Positions 29,653 to 39,794 of a DNA stretch of 64,000 nt are shown here, piece after piece. Below the pieces are notes generated by a model. It was not told the DNA's origin and ran no database searches. It saw only the letters and a program-made list of their open reading frames with translations. This DNA is from an uncultured Sphingobacteriales bacterium (GTDB taxonomy: Bacteria > Bacteroidota > Bacteroidia > CAILMK01 > CAYYUA01). How positions within the stretch are numbered: the first letter of the stretch is position 1; every line of letters starts with the position of its first letter. The translations under genes were made by a program, and so were the position numbers. The stretch lies in contig CAZIUI010000002.1 of assembly GCA_964542585.1 (NCBI GenBank), positions 12,117-76,116 on the forward strand, written 5' to 3'.

Positions 29653-30162
29653 ATGGCTTCAGAGGGGAAGACAGAAGGTAAATTGAGCCTTAGCAACGGA
29701 ACCCTTCAACAATCAGTTGGTATCGTTACGGCCCGTTGGAATGAAGAGGTGACGGAAGCGCTTAGACTGGGTGCTTTGAACAAGCTCTACGAATTCCACA
29801 TATTTTCGGAATCTATTCATGATCACTCAGTACCTGGTTCTTTTGAATTGCCTCTGGGTGCTCAATTTCTAGCCGAAAATACTCGTGTAAGCGGAATTGT
29901 GGCTATTGGATGTCTTATTCAAGGTGAGACTCCTCATTTTGATTACATCGCTCACGCTGTCACGCATCAACTAAGCCAGTTAAACCTTTATTACCACCTT
30001 CCGATTAGCTTTGGAGTTTTGACGGTTAACAACCAATCACAAGCTAAAGCCCGTGCAGGAGGGCAAGCTGGTAACAAGGGAGCTGAAGCCACGGAAGCCA
30101 TGTTAGAAATGATGGAGTTTCGTCAGTCATTCCGAATTAAGAAACAACAGCCCGGATTTTAG
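29653..30162 (+). CDS. ribH: 6,7-dimethyl-8-ribityllumazine synthase
   Basis: VGIVTARWNEEVTEALRLGA and HFDYIAHAVTHQL are diagnostic for RibH. Confidence 0.88.
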   Translation: MASEGKTEGKLSLSNGTLQQSVGIVTARWNEEVTEALRLGALNKLYEFHIFSESIHDHSVPGSFELPLGAQFLAENTRVSGIVAIGCLIQGETPHFDYIAHAVTHQLSQLNLYYHLPISFGVLTVNNQSQAKARAGGQAGNKGAEATEAMLEMMEFRQSFRIKKQQPGF

Positions 30163-33100
30163 TTAAAAATCGAGCCCCAGAGAGAGGTAAAACTTACCCT
30201 TATTTTTAACCAGGTTATTCTCGACACCCCACGCATAATCCATTCTTACAAAATAGCCTAGTAAGTTAGTACGAATACCAAATCCATAGCCGGCTACAAA
30301 CGGGTTACTTAAATTGATAATTGAAATTTCCAAAGGTCCCCTGTTTATAGTTTCTTCATTAAGCGCATTGTTTTTCTTAAATGGATTAAGTCCAGTCCAG
30401 GCCGACCCGATATCGCCAAAAGCAATAAGTTGGAAATTTTTAAAGAATGGCGAAATGACCGGCTTGTTATTGAACATTCGGAATAGCGGGATTCTTAATT
30501 CACTGTTAAATAAGCTGTAGGAATTACCATTGCGAATATTTTGGTCAAACCCCCGCATGTTGGTGGCAGGCGATTTATAAACGTAGTTTTGTTCATTAGA
30601 AACATCCACCTCATCGTTAAATTGGGGGAAGAGCCAATTATCGGTACCTCCCATAAAATATACGACTTTAGCTTGCCCAAAAGATGAGGCAAAAGATAGC
30701 CTATTCGCAAGAATCATATCCCGGAAAATGGGTATGTAATTCCTGAAATCTCCGCCAATAACTCCAAAGGACGTCTTCTCATCGGCAAAACCTTTCAAAT
30801 TAAAGGCCCGATAACCAGATGCGTAGAGCTTGAATCGGGTTCCACTTTTGGTATTCTTTCCAATATCAAGCGTGTTGTCAAATACATATTCAAAATCAAC
30901 GCCCAGCCAGTTTTGGGGATCATTAGGTTCCTCAAGGGTTCGCCTTTCAGAGGATAAGGTGATGTTGTTGTCGCGCCTAGCAAATACATCTCCTTTAATA
31001 GAGGTCACTTCATTAAACGGCCATTTTAAGCTGTACCTGATCTCATATGAGGTTTCCTGAACCTGCCTTCGGTTACCTTGCTGTTTTTTCTCCCCGTGCC
31101 TGAAAAAAGTCCATTTTTTATCCAGGCGCTGCTTAAGATTTTGATAACGCATGAAATAATCAGCACCTTGTAAATTACCCAATATTCGGAAGCCACCAGT
31201 TATCCGGTAGTCCTGAAAAAGATCACTGACCCCCATTTTGGTCATAGCATTTAAAACGGGGTTGTAGACAGATGACTCCGGATTTTCTTGATTATAGGGT
31301 AAATAACGAGTGTTGATAATGCTGTTATCAAGTTGGCTTTGCAGATAATTAGGCGTAAAGGACAGTTCGTAACTGCGTGCTCGCCCTAGCGAAGGCCTTT
31401 TACCAGTGTTGTTTTCTTTGGATTTTTGGTCTTTAATGGCCTTTGGCTTTTCGGCTTGCTTTTGCTGGTTATCAAATTCACTCTGGAAATAATAGTCGTT
31501 AATGTCGACTTTTTCAGTGGTGTCCTGTTCTCCTTTTGATGGTTTAACATCATTACTTGTACTAGCTTGCGGGCTATTACTGAACTTGGCAGCAACTAAA
31601 GGGCTCTCAATACGCTTTCGGTTATGATCCCTCAAAACACTGCCGTATCCTGTCATAGTAAGGTTTGTTGCTTTAGCGGGTGCACTATCCGGTAAAGGAT
31701 AATGGGCCATGCGGTATTTACCATTGACCTTGTAAAATTCTGTAATGCGCTTTTTTCTATGGTCAATCTGGTAATCCCGAATAGATCGCCTGCGGTTAGT
31801 AAGGGTGTAAGTGTAAGCCGTGTCTTTGTAATAGAAATTCGTATCCACAAACCGAAGCCCTGTATCCGCAAGGGCATAACGCGGGAAAACTAAATCCGAT
31901 GAGTCTTTCTTACTGAACCGAAATGTGTCATTAGGAAATTGCGCTGAATCTTTGTAGCCAACTGTTATCTGAGAATACTGAAATAAACTATCCAGACGAG
32001 TTGCGCTGCGGTTAGTAACACCATTACGCGTAGTCAGGTATGATAGATAGCTTGTATCGTATGCATTGGGCTTAAACTCATCGATAAGGGGTGTGTAGGT
32101 CAGCCTCTGCAACTCATTTCCCTGTTCACGATATTTGTAGTAGAAGATGTCAAAGCTGGTATTAAAGCCTGTTAAAGCATTGCCGCGCCTTCTTCTTCGC
32201 CTTTTAATTGTATCATTGTACCTGTTTGAACTGAACACCAAAGCTTTACCATCAGGGGTGAATTGCGGATGCAAGTCATCAAATGGATCACGCGTGATGG
32301 GACGCATGTTATTGGTCTGCCAATTAAACAGGTAAATATCCGACCTGCCATTGTCAATAGCAGACAAAGCTAAATAGTTGCCTCTCGGACCATAGTTCAT
32401 GTCCGTGATCTTTTCCAACCGGAAGTTTTTTCGGCGGCTTTCGATTTCATCCTCGTCTACATTGTATTGCTTGAAGACAACAATATCCTTTTCGTTATCG
32501 ACTATCATGAGTTGGGGACGCTGGGGATGCCATGCTATTAAAGGATAATTGTAATCCCGCTCAAGCACTTGCGCACGATAACCTTCCCGGTAAATTTTTT
32601 CACGATCACCGGTTTTAGTGTTATACAACCATACTTTTTTACGCCCCTGATTGTTCGTTACATAGGCTAATTGCTCTCCTTGAGGACCTAATTTGGCGGA
32701 TGTAACCTTGCTTTTATGAAAAGCATCAGGCGTTTTAACAAGATTCGCTTGCGAGGGTGCTTTTTCTAAGGGCCGTTGGTTTTCCTCAAATTTTCTGCGA
32801 TAATACCGGTACCATTCTTCATAGAGTTCATTGTAATCCTTCCCAAGCACGAAAGCGAAACCACTTTCTAAACTTTTGTTGACTTTGTTGAGGTAAAGGA
32901 TATTAGAAATAGAGCTCTTTCCGTAAGAAGTGGCAATATACCGCCAGATTAATTGGCTTATAAATACTTTCTCCTCCTTATTCAGTTGTTGAAACTTGCT
33001 GTATTTACCTGAAAGTATACCATCCCGGAAATTTGATAAATCTTCTTGAGATAAGGGATTTCCAAGGTAATCAGCTAACCCCTGCAAGTACCAATCTGGT

Positions 33101-33675
33101 AAATTGAGTAATGTTGAGTTTTGCACACGATCCTGAATGCCTCCTCCATAAAGCATTTCATTAATCAGAACTCTTGCTATTGACTCACGAATCGTATTAA
33201 GAAAATCGAAATGGTTGCCATTATAGTAAACAAAAGCATGGTTATCTACAATGGGTGTTACACCATTGGGATCATCTTTCTTGGCTGAATAGCCGATGTT
33301 GGTTTGTCTTAGGTCAGCATAAGAGTTGTAAACTATGAGCTTGAGCCGGCTTTTAGCACGGTAATCCAAGCGATCTTGAAGTTTTTTGAGGTATTGAGTA
33401 GCGTGACGCCCAGCAAATCGCGCAAGGTTTCTACCGCCAGTGTAAAAGTAAATATCAAACGCTTCTGCCTTGTAGAACCGCCAGTCAAACTCTTTATGCT
33501 GGACCCGATTCCTTCCAAACCTTATATCAGTCCCTTGTGCCTGAACACCATGAGATAACCATAAGCCAGCCATGGCTACAAAAATTAGAATCCCTCCATA
33601 TTTAGCGGCAGCGGCCCGGGTATTATTTGTATGTCTTTTCACAGCCTTTAATAACATTTCAGGTGCTTTCAGCAA
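30163..33675 (-). CDS. Large outer-membrane protein with a signal peptide, WD40-like PD40/TolB-type beta-propeller repeats and a C-terminal Omp85/bacterial-surface-antigen-like beta-barrel
   Basis: The product is 1170 aa with a signal peptide ...LWLSHGVQAQG. PD40-like repeats include DPFDDLHPQFTPDGKALVFSSNRY. The C-terminus has NMRGFDQNIRNGNSYSLFNSELRIPL ... YLSLGLDF, ending in an aromatic residue, which is a typical Omp85 barrel terminus. Confidence 0.55.
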   Translation of the reverse strand: MLKAPEMLLKAVKRHTNNTRAAAAKYGGILIFVAMAGLWLSHGVQAQGTDIRFGRNRVQHKEFDWRFYKAEAFDIYFYTGGRNLARFAGRHATQYLKKLQDRLDYRAKSRLKLIVYNSYADLRQTNIGYSAKKDDPNGVTPIVDNHAFVYYNGNHFDFLNTIRESIARVLINEMLYGGGIQDRVQNSTLLNLPDWYLQGLADYLGNPLSQEDLSNFRDGILSGKYSKFQQLNKEEKVFISQLIWRYIATSYGKSSISNILYLNKVNKSLESGFAFVLGKDYNELYEEWYRYYRRKFEENQRPLEKAPSQANLVKTPDAFHKSKVTSAKLGPQGEQLAYVTNNQGRKKVWLYNTKTGDREKIYREGYRAQVLERDYNYPLIAWHPQRPQLMIVDNEKDIVVFKQYNVDEDEIESRRKNFRLEKITDMNYGPRGNYLALSAIDNGRSDIYLFNWQTNNMRPITRDPFDDLHPQFTPDGKALVFSSNRYNDTIKRRRRRRGNALTGFNTSFDIFYYKYREQGNELQRLTYTPLIDEFKPNAYDTSYLSYLTTRNGVTNRSATRLDSLFQYSQITVGYKDSAQFPNDTFRFSKKDSSDLVFPRYALADTGLRFVDTNFYYKDTAYTYTLTNRRRSIRDYQIDHRKKRITEFYKVNGKYRMAHYPLPDSAPAKATNLTMTGYGSVLRDHNRKRIESPLVAAKFSNSPQASTSNDVKPSKGEQDTTEKVDINDYYFQSEFDNQQKQAEKPKAIKDQKSKENNTGKRPSLGRARSYELSFTPNYLQSQLDNSIINTRYLPYNQENPESSVYNPVLNAMTKMGVSDLFQDYRITGGFRILGNLQGADYFMRYQNLKQRLDKKWTFFRHGEKKQQGNRRQVQETSYEIRYSLKWPFNEVTSIKGDVFARRDNNITLSSERRTLEEPNDPQNWLGVDFEYVFDNTLDIGKNTKSGTRFKLYASGYRAFNLKGFADEKTSFGVIGGDFRNYIPIFRDMILANRLSFASSFGQAKVVYFMGGTDNWLFPQFNDEVDVSNEQNYVYKSPATNMRGFDQNIRNGNSYSLFNSELRIPLFRMFNNKPVISPFFKNFQLIAFGDIGSAWTGLNPFKKNNALNEETINRGPLEISIINLSNPFVAGYGFGIRTNLLGYFVRMDYAWGVENNLVKNKGKFYLSLGLDF

Positions 33676-33677
33676 TC

Positions 33678-35780
33678 CTAATATCCGCCGTAATATTTCC
33701 TAAAGAACCATTCCCCTCCTAATAATAGCACTAAAGCCCAAAACAACATTTGCGCGTGTATTAATTCCTTTAGTTCGTATTCCCGCTTTGAGGTTCGTTT
33801 CAATTGTCCCGACTTTTCTAGCTTATCAGGCAAATTATTTATTTCCCGTGCATAAACAAGCTTACCATTGTTTTCGCTTGCCAGGTTTTTTAACAATGCA
33901 TGATTTGCAACAGTAGTTAGGTGTTCCTTATTAACAGGTTTAACTACAAAAGAACCCGATCTTCTAAAAGTCTCATCACCATAAGAAGCTTCAGCTGTAA
34001 AGTCATATTTACCAACAGGTAGATAACCAACTTCAACTTGATACCCGTCTTTAGATGAGGTAAAATCAAAATCATAAGTATCCCCTTTTTGGTTACTAAT
34101 AGCAATACTTATCGTTGCATCTCTCACAGGTTCATAACTCTCATTGTAAAATTCAGCTTGAAAACGAATCCGTTCATTTTCTAAGTATTGATTCTGCTTA
34201 TTCACTAACCGGAATCGCCTTTTTTGCGCATCTACCGCTAAGTACTGAACCGATTTTGCGAGGAAATTTGGGATTGCCTCATGCTGATCTAAAACCCGGT
34301 ATTCATTTAAATACCATCGCCATAAACCAGTGGCCGTAAAAATCCCAACTTTATGATTGGGCTTTGTAAGGAAAGTGAACAAGGGCTTTTGGCTAATAAC
34401 CTCTCCAATTTTTTGCTGGAGCAAAGTATTACTGGGAGCATTTAAACGGTAAGATGCAAGTGGTGAATTTACCGGGGGAAGTTGCGGTAAGAGCTTTTTC
34501 AAGGACTTGCTGATACTGAAGGCATTGAATCCTTCTTTCAAATCTGCCTGTACCTGATTGGCATTGCTGCTTTTGCGCTCAATGGCAAAACCTAGGTTGA
34601 GTTGGTTTAAAGCCGAGAAAGCCGTTTTATTGCCCAATATATAAAGGGTCGGTATGGCTTTTTTATTCGCTCGCCTTAGCAATTCACGACCATTTCCACC
34701 TGAGGCAGGAAGCTGGTGAAAAACAAAAACATCATACCCTTCCATTTCTTCGTTGGCCTTTTGCCATTGATCCAAAGTAAAGGTACTAACAGTGTACCGC
34801 TTACGGCTTTTCAGTGCCTGCTTGATAACTCCAACATCAGGATGGGGATGTTGGGCAATAACAGCAACTTTCCTTTTGCTTTTTAAGGCTTCTATATAAA
34901 AAGAACGGGTATTATTGGCCTGGCTAACTTCTCCATCCTCAGTTTCAAGTATTGCTTTAAACGATTTTAATCCGGGTTCTTCAATCCTGAAAAAAGCCTT
35001 TATAGTGGTATCCAGATCATCGGAACCCGACCTTATACTTTGCTGAAAAACCTGTTTTCCTGCTTTTTTTATCGTAAGATCTGTCGATTTACCCTTGAAG
35101 GATTCTGCCTGGACCTGAATTTCCACCGGAAATTTACTTCCAGCGTATACAATATCGTTGTGTTGAATCCTACGGATAAGCCAATCTTTTGGGGGAATCG
35201 TGTCACCCATAGCAATTGTATAAATGGGCGATTGCAGTTTACGAGCAACACTCATAGGTGGTTGCCCTTGATTGTATATACCATCGCTGGCAAGGATAAT
35301 AGCACCAAGGTTTCGATTGTAATAATCATCATAAATTTTTTCCAGCGGCTTGGACAGATTGGATGCCCTTGCCTCATAGGTTAGCTCTTTCTCATTGGAC
35401 ACTTGGCTTCCATAGGCGTAGGTTTTAACTTGATAGGAATTTTCAAGGCGGGAGACAAGTCTTTTCATGGCTTTTGTAAAAGTGTCCCGGTAATAAGTAG
35501 AATCCCTATTGAGAAGTATTGATGCGGAATTATCCATTGCAACGGCAACTACTGGCTCTTGGACCTCTTTGTAGTAGGATTTGATAAAAGGTGATAGTAG
35601 CAGAAAAGCTATTAAGCTGACGGACAAGAACCGGAAAGTGGCTAATAGCCAATTGGGAAATGACCAGAAGCGGTTCCGCTCTCCAAAATACCGATTGTAA
35701 TACATTAAAAAGGCGTAAACTGCGCCAGCCAACAGGCAAAAAGCAATAAAATAAACGGGGTAAGCAAACTGTAGAGACAT
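33678..35780 (-). CDS. Membrane-anchored VWA-like domain protein (two N-terminal TM helices and a DxSxS MIDAS-like motif)
   Basis: The 700-aa product has N-terminal TM helices and then VVAVAMDNSASI, which resembles a BatA-like VWA start. There is a 2-nt gap to the downstream 1170-aa gene, so this is probably one operon. Confidence 0.5.
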   Translation of the reverse strand: MSLQFAYPVYFIAFCLLAGAVYAFLMYYNRYFGERNRFWSFPNWLLATFRFLSVSLIAFLLLSPFIKSYYKEVQEPVVAVAMDNSASILLNRDSTYYRDTFTKAMKRLVSRLENSYQVKTYAYGSQVSNEKELTYEARASNLSKPLEKIYDDYYNRNLGAIILASDGIYNQGQPPMSVARKLQSPIYTIAMGDTIPPKDWLIRRIQHNDIVYAGSKFPVEIQVQAESFKGKSTDLTIKKAGKQVFQQSIRSGSDDLDTTIKAFFRIEEPGLKSFKAILETEDGEVSQANNTRSFYIEALKSKRKVAVIAQHPHPDVGVIKQALKSRKRYTVSTFTLDQWQKANEEMEGYDVFVFHQLPASGGNGRELLRRANKKAIPTLYILGNKTAFSALNQLNLGFAIERKSSNANQVQADLKEGFNAFSISKSLKKLLPQLPPVNSPLASYRLNAPSNTLLQQKIGEVISQKPLFTFLTKPNHKVGIFTATGLWRWYLNEYRVLDQHEAIPNFLAKSVQYLAVDAQKRRFRLVNKQNQYLENERIRFQAEFYNESYEPVRDATISIAISNQKGDTYDFDFTSSKDGYQVEVGYLPVGKYDFTAEASYGDETFRRSGSFVVKPVNKEHLTTVANHALLKNLASENNGKLVYAREINNLPDKLEKSGQLKRTSKREYELKELIHAQMLFWALVLLLGGEWFFRKYYGGY

Positions 35781-35965
35781 GCTAAGGTTTCTAACTCATT
35801 ATTGAATCGTTTGCACTCTAGGGTTTCGTACCTTCGTCAATAAACTTTCAAAAATAGCAATAATGGTTCCATCCTATGGTTTGGCAATCAATCGCCATTA
35901 GGAAAATTAAACATCTTGGTGTAATTAAATTATTAATCGATTGCTTTGTAACATAAGGGGTAAAT

Positions 35966-36520
35966 ATGCCAGTACATCCGGTAGACATCATTGTCCTTTT
36001 AGCTAGCGTTTTTTTTGTTGTGAAGGGTTATCAAAAAGGACTTATCGTTGAGGTGATCACCCTTATTGCTTTGCTACTTGGAATTATAGCCGCAATGCAA
36101 TTAGCTGGGCGGGTCACTGATTTGCTAGCTGATACCTTCAGCCATGCTGAGTGGGTTTTTTATGCCGGATACCTTTTAAGCTTTTTGGTTGTTTTTATTG
36201 GCGTTCAATTAATAGGCTCAGCATTAGAAAAGGTTTTAAAAGCCACACGTTTAAATTTTATAAATCGCATCCTTGGAGGTCTAGGAGGGCTATTCAAAAT
36301 CCTATTCCTGGTTAGTTTAATTTTTTGGTTATTAGAACAGGCTGACGGCCTGGATGCTTCCTTTAAATCGGAAGTATTTAGTTACAAGTACGCTGCTCCT
36401 ATAGCTCCTTGGCTAATCAATCAAGTCACCGCTTATTTTCCAATTTTAAAAGACTTAATAGCCGAAGCCGAAGCGTTTTTTAAAAACCTGAACCAGGAAA
36501 TCCAAAATTCAAAGCCTTAA
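35966..36520 (+). CDS. cvpA: CvpA-family membrane protein (colicin V production protein homologue)
   Basis: Four TM helices, with the N-terminus IIVLLASVFFVVKGYQKGLI typical of CvpA. Confidence 0.75.
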   Translation: MPVHPVDIIVLLASVFFVVKGYQKGLIVEVITLIALLLGIIAAMQLAGRVTDLLADTFSHAEWVFYAGYLLSFLVVFIGVQLIGSALEKVLKATRLNFINRILGGLGGLFKILFLVSLIFWLLEQADGLDASFKSEVFSYKYAAPIAPWLINQVTAYFPILKDLIAEAEAFFKNLNQEIQNSKP

Positions 36521-36548
36521 GTGAGGCGCTGGCGAGGTTTGTAACCAC

Positions 36549-37136
36549 ATGATTTACCTTATAGATAATTACGATTCCTTCACTTTTAACTTATTGGACT
36601 ATTGTCAGCAATTTTATTCAGACATAAGGCTATTGCGCAATGATACCTTAACCATAAAGGATCTTGAAGTTAACGATCCTGAAGGTTTTATATTTTCACC
36701 TGGACCAGGCAGGCCGGAAGAGCATCCATTAATGTTCGAAATTCTTGAACGATGGCATGGCCAGAAACCCATCCTTGGAATTTGCCTGGGGTTTCAGGCT
36801 ATAGCTTCTTTTTATGGCGCCACCGTAGAGAAAGCTCAAGTGCCCGTTCATGGCAAGCTTTCCGTTATTGAACACTATGGCCATGACGCATTTGCCACCC
36901 TTCCGGATTCCTTTTCAGTGACCCGTTACCATTCTCTTGTAATAACTGATACAGGGCAAATGAAAAACGTTTCAATAATAGCTAAAACCCTCAATGAAGA
37001 ATTACCAATGGCGTTGGCTCATTATCAATATCCCATTTGGGGGTTTCAGTATCATCCAGAAGCGATTTTAACAGAGCATGGCCTTACCGTGATTTACAAT
37101 TGGCTTTCAAACAATTTTTTGAATGTGAAGTATTAA
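36549..37136 (+). CDS. pabA: Class-I glutamine amidotransferase: anthranilate / aminodeoxychorismate synthase component II
   Basis: MIYLIDNYDSFTFNL...SPGPGRP...ILGICLGFQAI...H carries the catalytic Cys-His triad. Confidence 0.8.
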   Translation: MIYLIDNYDSFTFNLLDYCQQFYSDIRLLRNDTLTIKDLEVNDPEGFIFSPGPGRPEEHPLMFEILERWHGQKPILGICLGFQAIASFYGATVEKAQVPVHGKLSVIEHYGHDAFATLPDSFSVTRYHSLVITDTGQMKNVSIIAKTLNEELPMALAHYQYPIWGFQYHPEAILTEHGLTVIYNWLSNNFLNVKY

Positions 37137-37342
37137 TAATAAGGCTTAAGCCTGAGCTTTAATTGGTTACTGATAGAGGCGAATTGTTCTTGTTTACAAT
37201 CGTTTTACCTGGGTATGGAACTAATAGCTTGCGATTATGTGTGCAAGCCTTTGAAAAGAAATTGTAGGTACCCCATCCTTGACTTTGTATATTTGCTTGT
37301 GGGGCATATACCGAATAAATTTAATGCTAATTTTAGCCTAAC

Positions 37343-38125
37343 ATGAAGCTTAGAACAAAAAAGGAGAACGGGTTCGAGTTCGTAGAAGAGGGGGAGGGCC
37401 CTGTGCTCATGCTATTACACGGGCTATTTGGGGCTTTAAGTAATTGGCAGGAGGTTTTGCGGTTTTTTTCTACCCGTTACAAAGTAGTGATACCGCTTAT
37501 GCCCATTTACGAAATGCCCTTAAAAAATACCAATGTCGGAGGATTAACAGATTACATTCATGAGTTCATTAAATACAAGCAGTACCAGCATGTTACTTTA
37601 TTAGGCAATTCATTGGGAGGTCATGTAGGTCTTACCTATACACTAGAGCATCCTGAAAAAGTTAGCGCCATGGTATTAACAGGTAGCTCTGGCCTCTACG
37701 AAAATTCCATGGGCGGAAGCTTCCCCCAACGTAACAACTATGATTTCATACGATCGAAAGTTGAATATACGTTTTACCACCCAGAAACTGCAACAAAAGC
37801 CTTGGTAGATGAAGTCTATGAAACAGTGAATAATCGAAGCAAAGGAATGCGGATCATTGCTATGGCCAAATCCTCCATCCGTCACAACCTAAAAACTGAG
37901 ATGCAGCAGATAAAAATACCCGTCTGCCTTATCTGGGGAGCAAACGATAATATTACCCCCTTTTACGTGGCTGAAGAATTCCACAAATTGATTCCTAATT
38001 CAGAACTCCACTTTATAAATGAATGCGGTCACGCTCCAATGATGGAGAAACCGGAAGCTTTTAACCGAGTCCTTCAACCTTTTCTGGAAAAGGTTGTCCC
38101 TCGACCAAATCTCCAGAATGCATGA
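37343..38125 (+). CDS. Alpha/beta-fold hydrolase
   Basis: HGLFGALSNW forms the oxyanion hole and GNSLGG is the nucleophile-elbow motif. There is a 4-nt overlap with the next gene. Confidence 0.75.
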   Translation: MKLRTKKENGFEFVEEGEGPVLMLLHGLFGALSNWQEVLRFFSTRYKVVIPLMPIYEMPLKNTNVGGLTDYIHEFIKYKQYQHVTLLGNSLGGHVGLTYTLEHPEKVSAMVLTGSSGLYENSMGGSFPQRNNYDFIRSKVEYTFYHPETATKALVDEVYETVNNRSKGMRIIAMAKSSIRHNLKTEMQQIKIPVCLIWGANDNITPFYVAEEFHKLIPNSELHFINECGHAPMMEKPEAFNRVLQPFLEKVVPRPNLQNA

Positions 38126-38787
38126 TAGCACAAAATCTTATTAATGCTGACATTCCCTGTTTAAATTCAAGTCAGCTAATAGCCGATGCCAGAAAAATAT
38201 TTCTCGAGAGCTGCATTTGCGAGGTTCCTATTGTAGATAAGGAAACCTTACAAGGCTTGCTGCCCCTGGACCTTCTACGAATGAACGATTATCTGGATAC
38301 ACCCATTCAAGCTTTTAAGCATGAGTTCAAGCCAGCTCAGGTATCGGTAGATATGCACCTGATGAACATTTTTAAACAAACTGCAGAGCTTGAGCTAAGC
38401 GTTATTCCAGTGGTCGATTTAAATAATGCCTATCAAGGGGCATTTACAGTCAATGACTTAATGAATCACTTTGCTGGCTTGTATTCCTTCAGGGAAATAG
38501 GCGGTATTTTTACGCTCCAGGTACCTTACAAGAATTATGACCATTCCGAAATAAGCCGGATCGTGGAGATTAACAATACTAAAATACTAAGTTTTTACAC
38601 CGAGTTAAACCAAGAGGGTTCCATCGCTTTCATTACCATTAAAGTCAATACTATGGACCTCAAGCCATTGGAAGCAACTTTTGAACGCTACAATTACGAT
38701 ATTCATGTCCATTATAATTCAATATACCAGGAAGATGTAGACGTAAAACAACGGTATGAGCTATTAATGCGTTACCTTGACCTTTGA
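38122..38787 (+). CDS. CBS-domain pair protein
   Basis: Two CBS-like beta-alpha-beta-beta-alpha units (EVPIVD..., VIPVVD...) are present. It sits upstream of nadK, as in other Bacteroidota. Confidence 0.5.
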   Translation: MIAQNLINADIPCLNSSQLIADARKIFLESCICEVPIVDKETLQGLLPLDLLRMNDYLDTPIQAFKHEFKPAQVSVDMHLMNIFKQTAELELSVIPVVDLNNAYQGAFTVNDLMNHFAGLYSFREIGGIFTLQVPYKNYDHSEISRIVEINNTKILSFYTELNQEGSIAFITIKVNTMDLKPLEATFERYNYDIHVHYNSIYQEDVDVKQRYELLMRYLDL

Positions 38788-38844
38788 AACTGCCCGTAAC
38801 CCCTATACCAGAGGCCTGAGACTGCCTTTTGCAAACCCTCCTTT

Positions 38845-39732
38845 ATGAAAGTTGCTGTTTACGCAAGATCGCTTAACACGCTTCAGCGATCCCTTATAGA
38901 CCACTTTTTCGAACAATTAGCATACTACCAAATAAATTACCTTCTATATGATCAGTTCATGGAGGATTTAAAGCAGCACTATGGGCTGATATTAGAAGAC
39001 ATCGAATCTTTTACGAAGGATGAAGATTTAGCTCAACGTCAAGTTCAAGCCTTGGTAAGCCTTGGAGGAGATGGCACTTTATTGGATACCCTTCAATTGG
39101 TGAAAAATAGCAACATTCCTGTAATGGGAATCAATACAGGCCGGTTAGGATTTTTAGCGAACACCCCCAAGCAGGAAATCGGGAAGGCTTTGGCAGCGCT
39201 TAAGGGGGGGCAATACACAACCGAGTCAAGGGGGCTATTGGAGATATCAACCAATTTAAACCCTTTTGAAAATGCACCATACGCTTTGAATGATTTTGTG
39301 GTGCAGAAAAGGGATTTTACCTCTATGGTTACGGTAGAAACTTATTTAAATGGCATTTACTTTAACACCTATTGGGCTGATGGTGTCATTGTTGCTACAC
39401 CAACGGGGTCCACAGGATATTCCCTAAGCTGTGGCGGGCCCTTGATTTTTCCTCATTCAGGAAGTTTTGTTATCACTCCCGTTGCGCCACATAATCTAAC
39501 TATTCGCCCTATTATACTCTCAGACCAGTCTGAGTTAAAATTGAAAGTAACAGGAAGGGATAGTAATTTTCTAGCGTCACTGGATTCAAGATATACCACA
39601 GTGGATAAGCATCAGGAAATCGTTTTACGCAAGGCGCCTTTTGTTTTTAATTTAATCAAACTTCCGCACCAGTCCTTTATTCAAACCATTCGGGACAAAT
39701 TGAAATGGGGGGCAGACTCTCGGAATGAATAA
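38845..39732 (+). CDS. nadK: NAD kinase
   Basis: GGDGTLL and NTGRLGFL are present, along with the C-terminal DGVIVATPTGSTGYSLS motif. Confidence 0.9.
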   Translation: MKVAVYARSLNTLQRSLIDHFFEQLAYYQINYLLYDQFMEDLKQHYGLILEDIESFTKDEDLAQRQVQALVSLGGDGTLLDTLQLVKNSNIPVMGINTGRLGFLANTPKQEIGKALAALKGGQYTTESRGLLEISTNLNPFENAPYALNDFVVQKRDFTSMVTVETYLNGIYFNTYWADGVIVATPTGSTGYSLSCGGPLIFPHSGSFVITPVAPHNLTIRPIILSDQSELKLKVTGRDSNFLASLDSRYTTVDKHQEIVLRKAPFVFNLIKLPHQSFIQTIRDKLKWGADSRNE

Positions 39733-39794
39733 AGTTTTGATTTAGAAATAAAAGAATATAACTTTGAGACCGATTTTATAAATACCATAATCCA

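Noticed and set aside
37137-37342. The perfect palindrome AGGCTTAAGCCT after pabA could be a regulatory site.
   Set aside because: It is a single short palindrome with no partner motif or repeat. It is most likely a weak terminator stem or chance.
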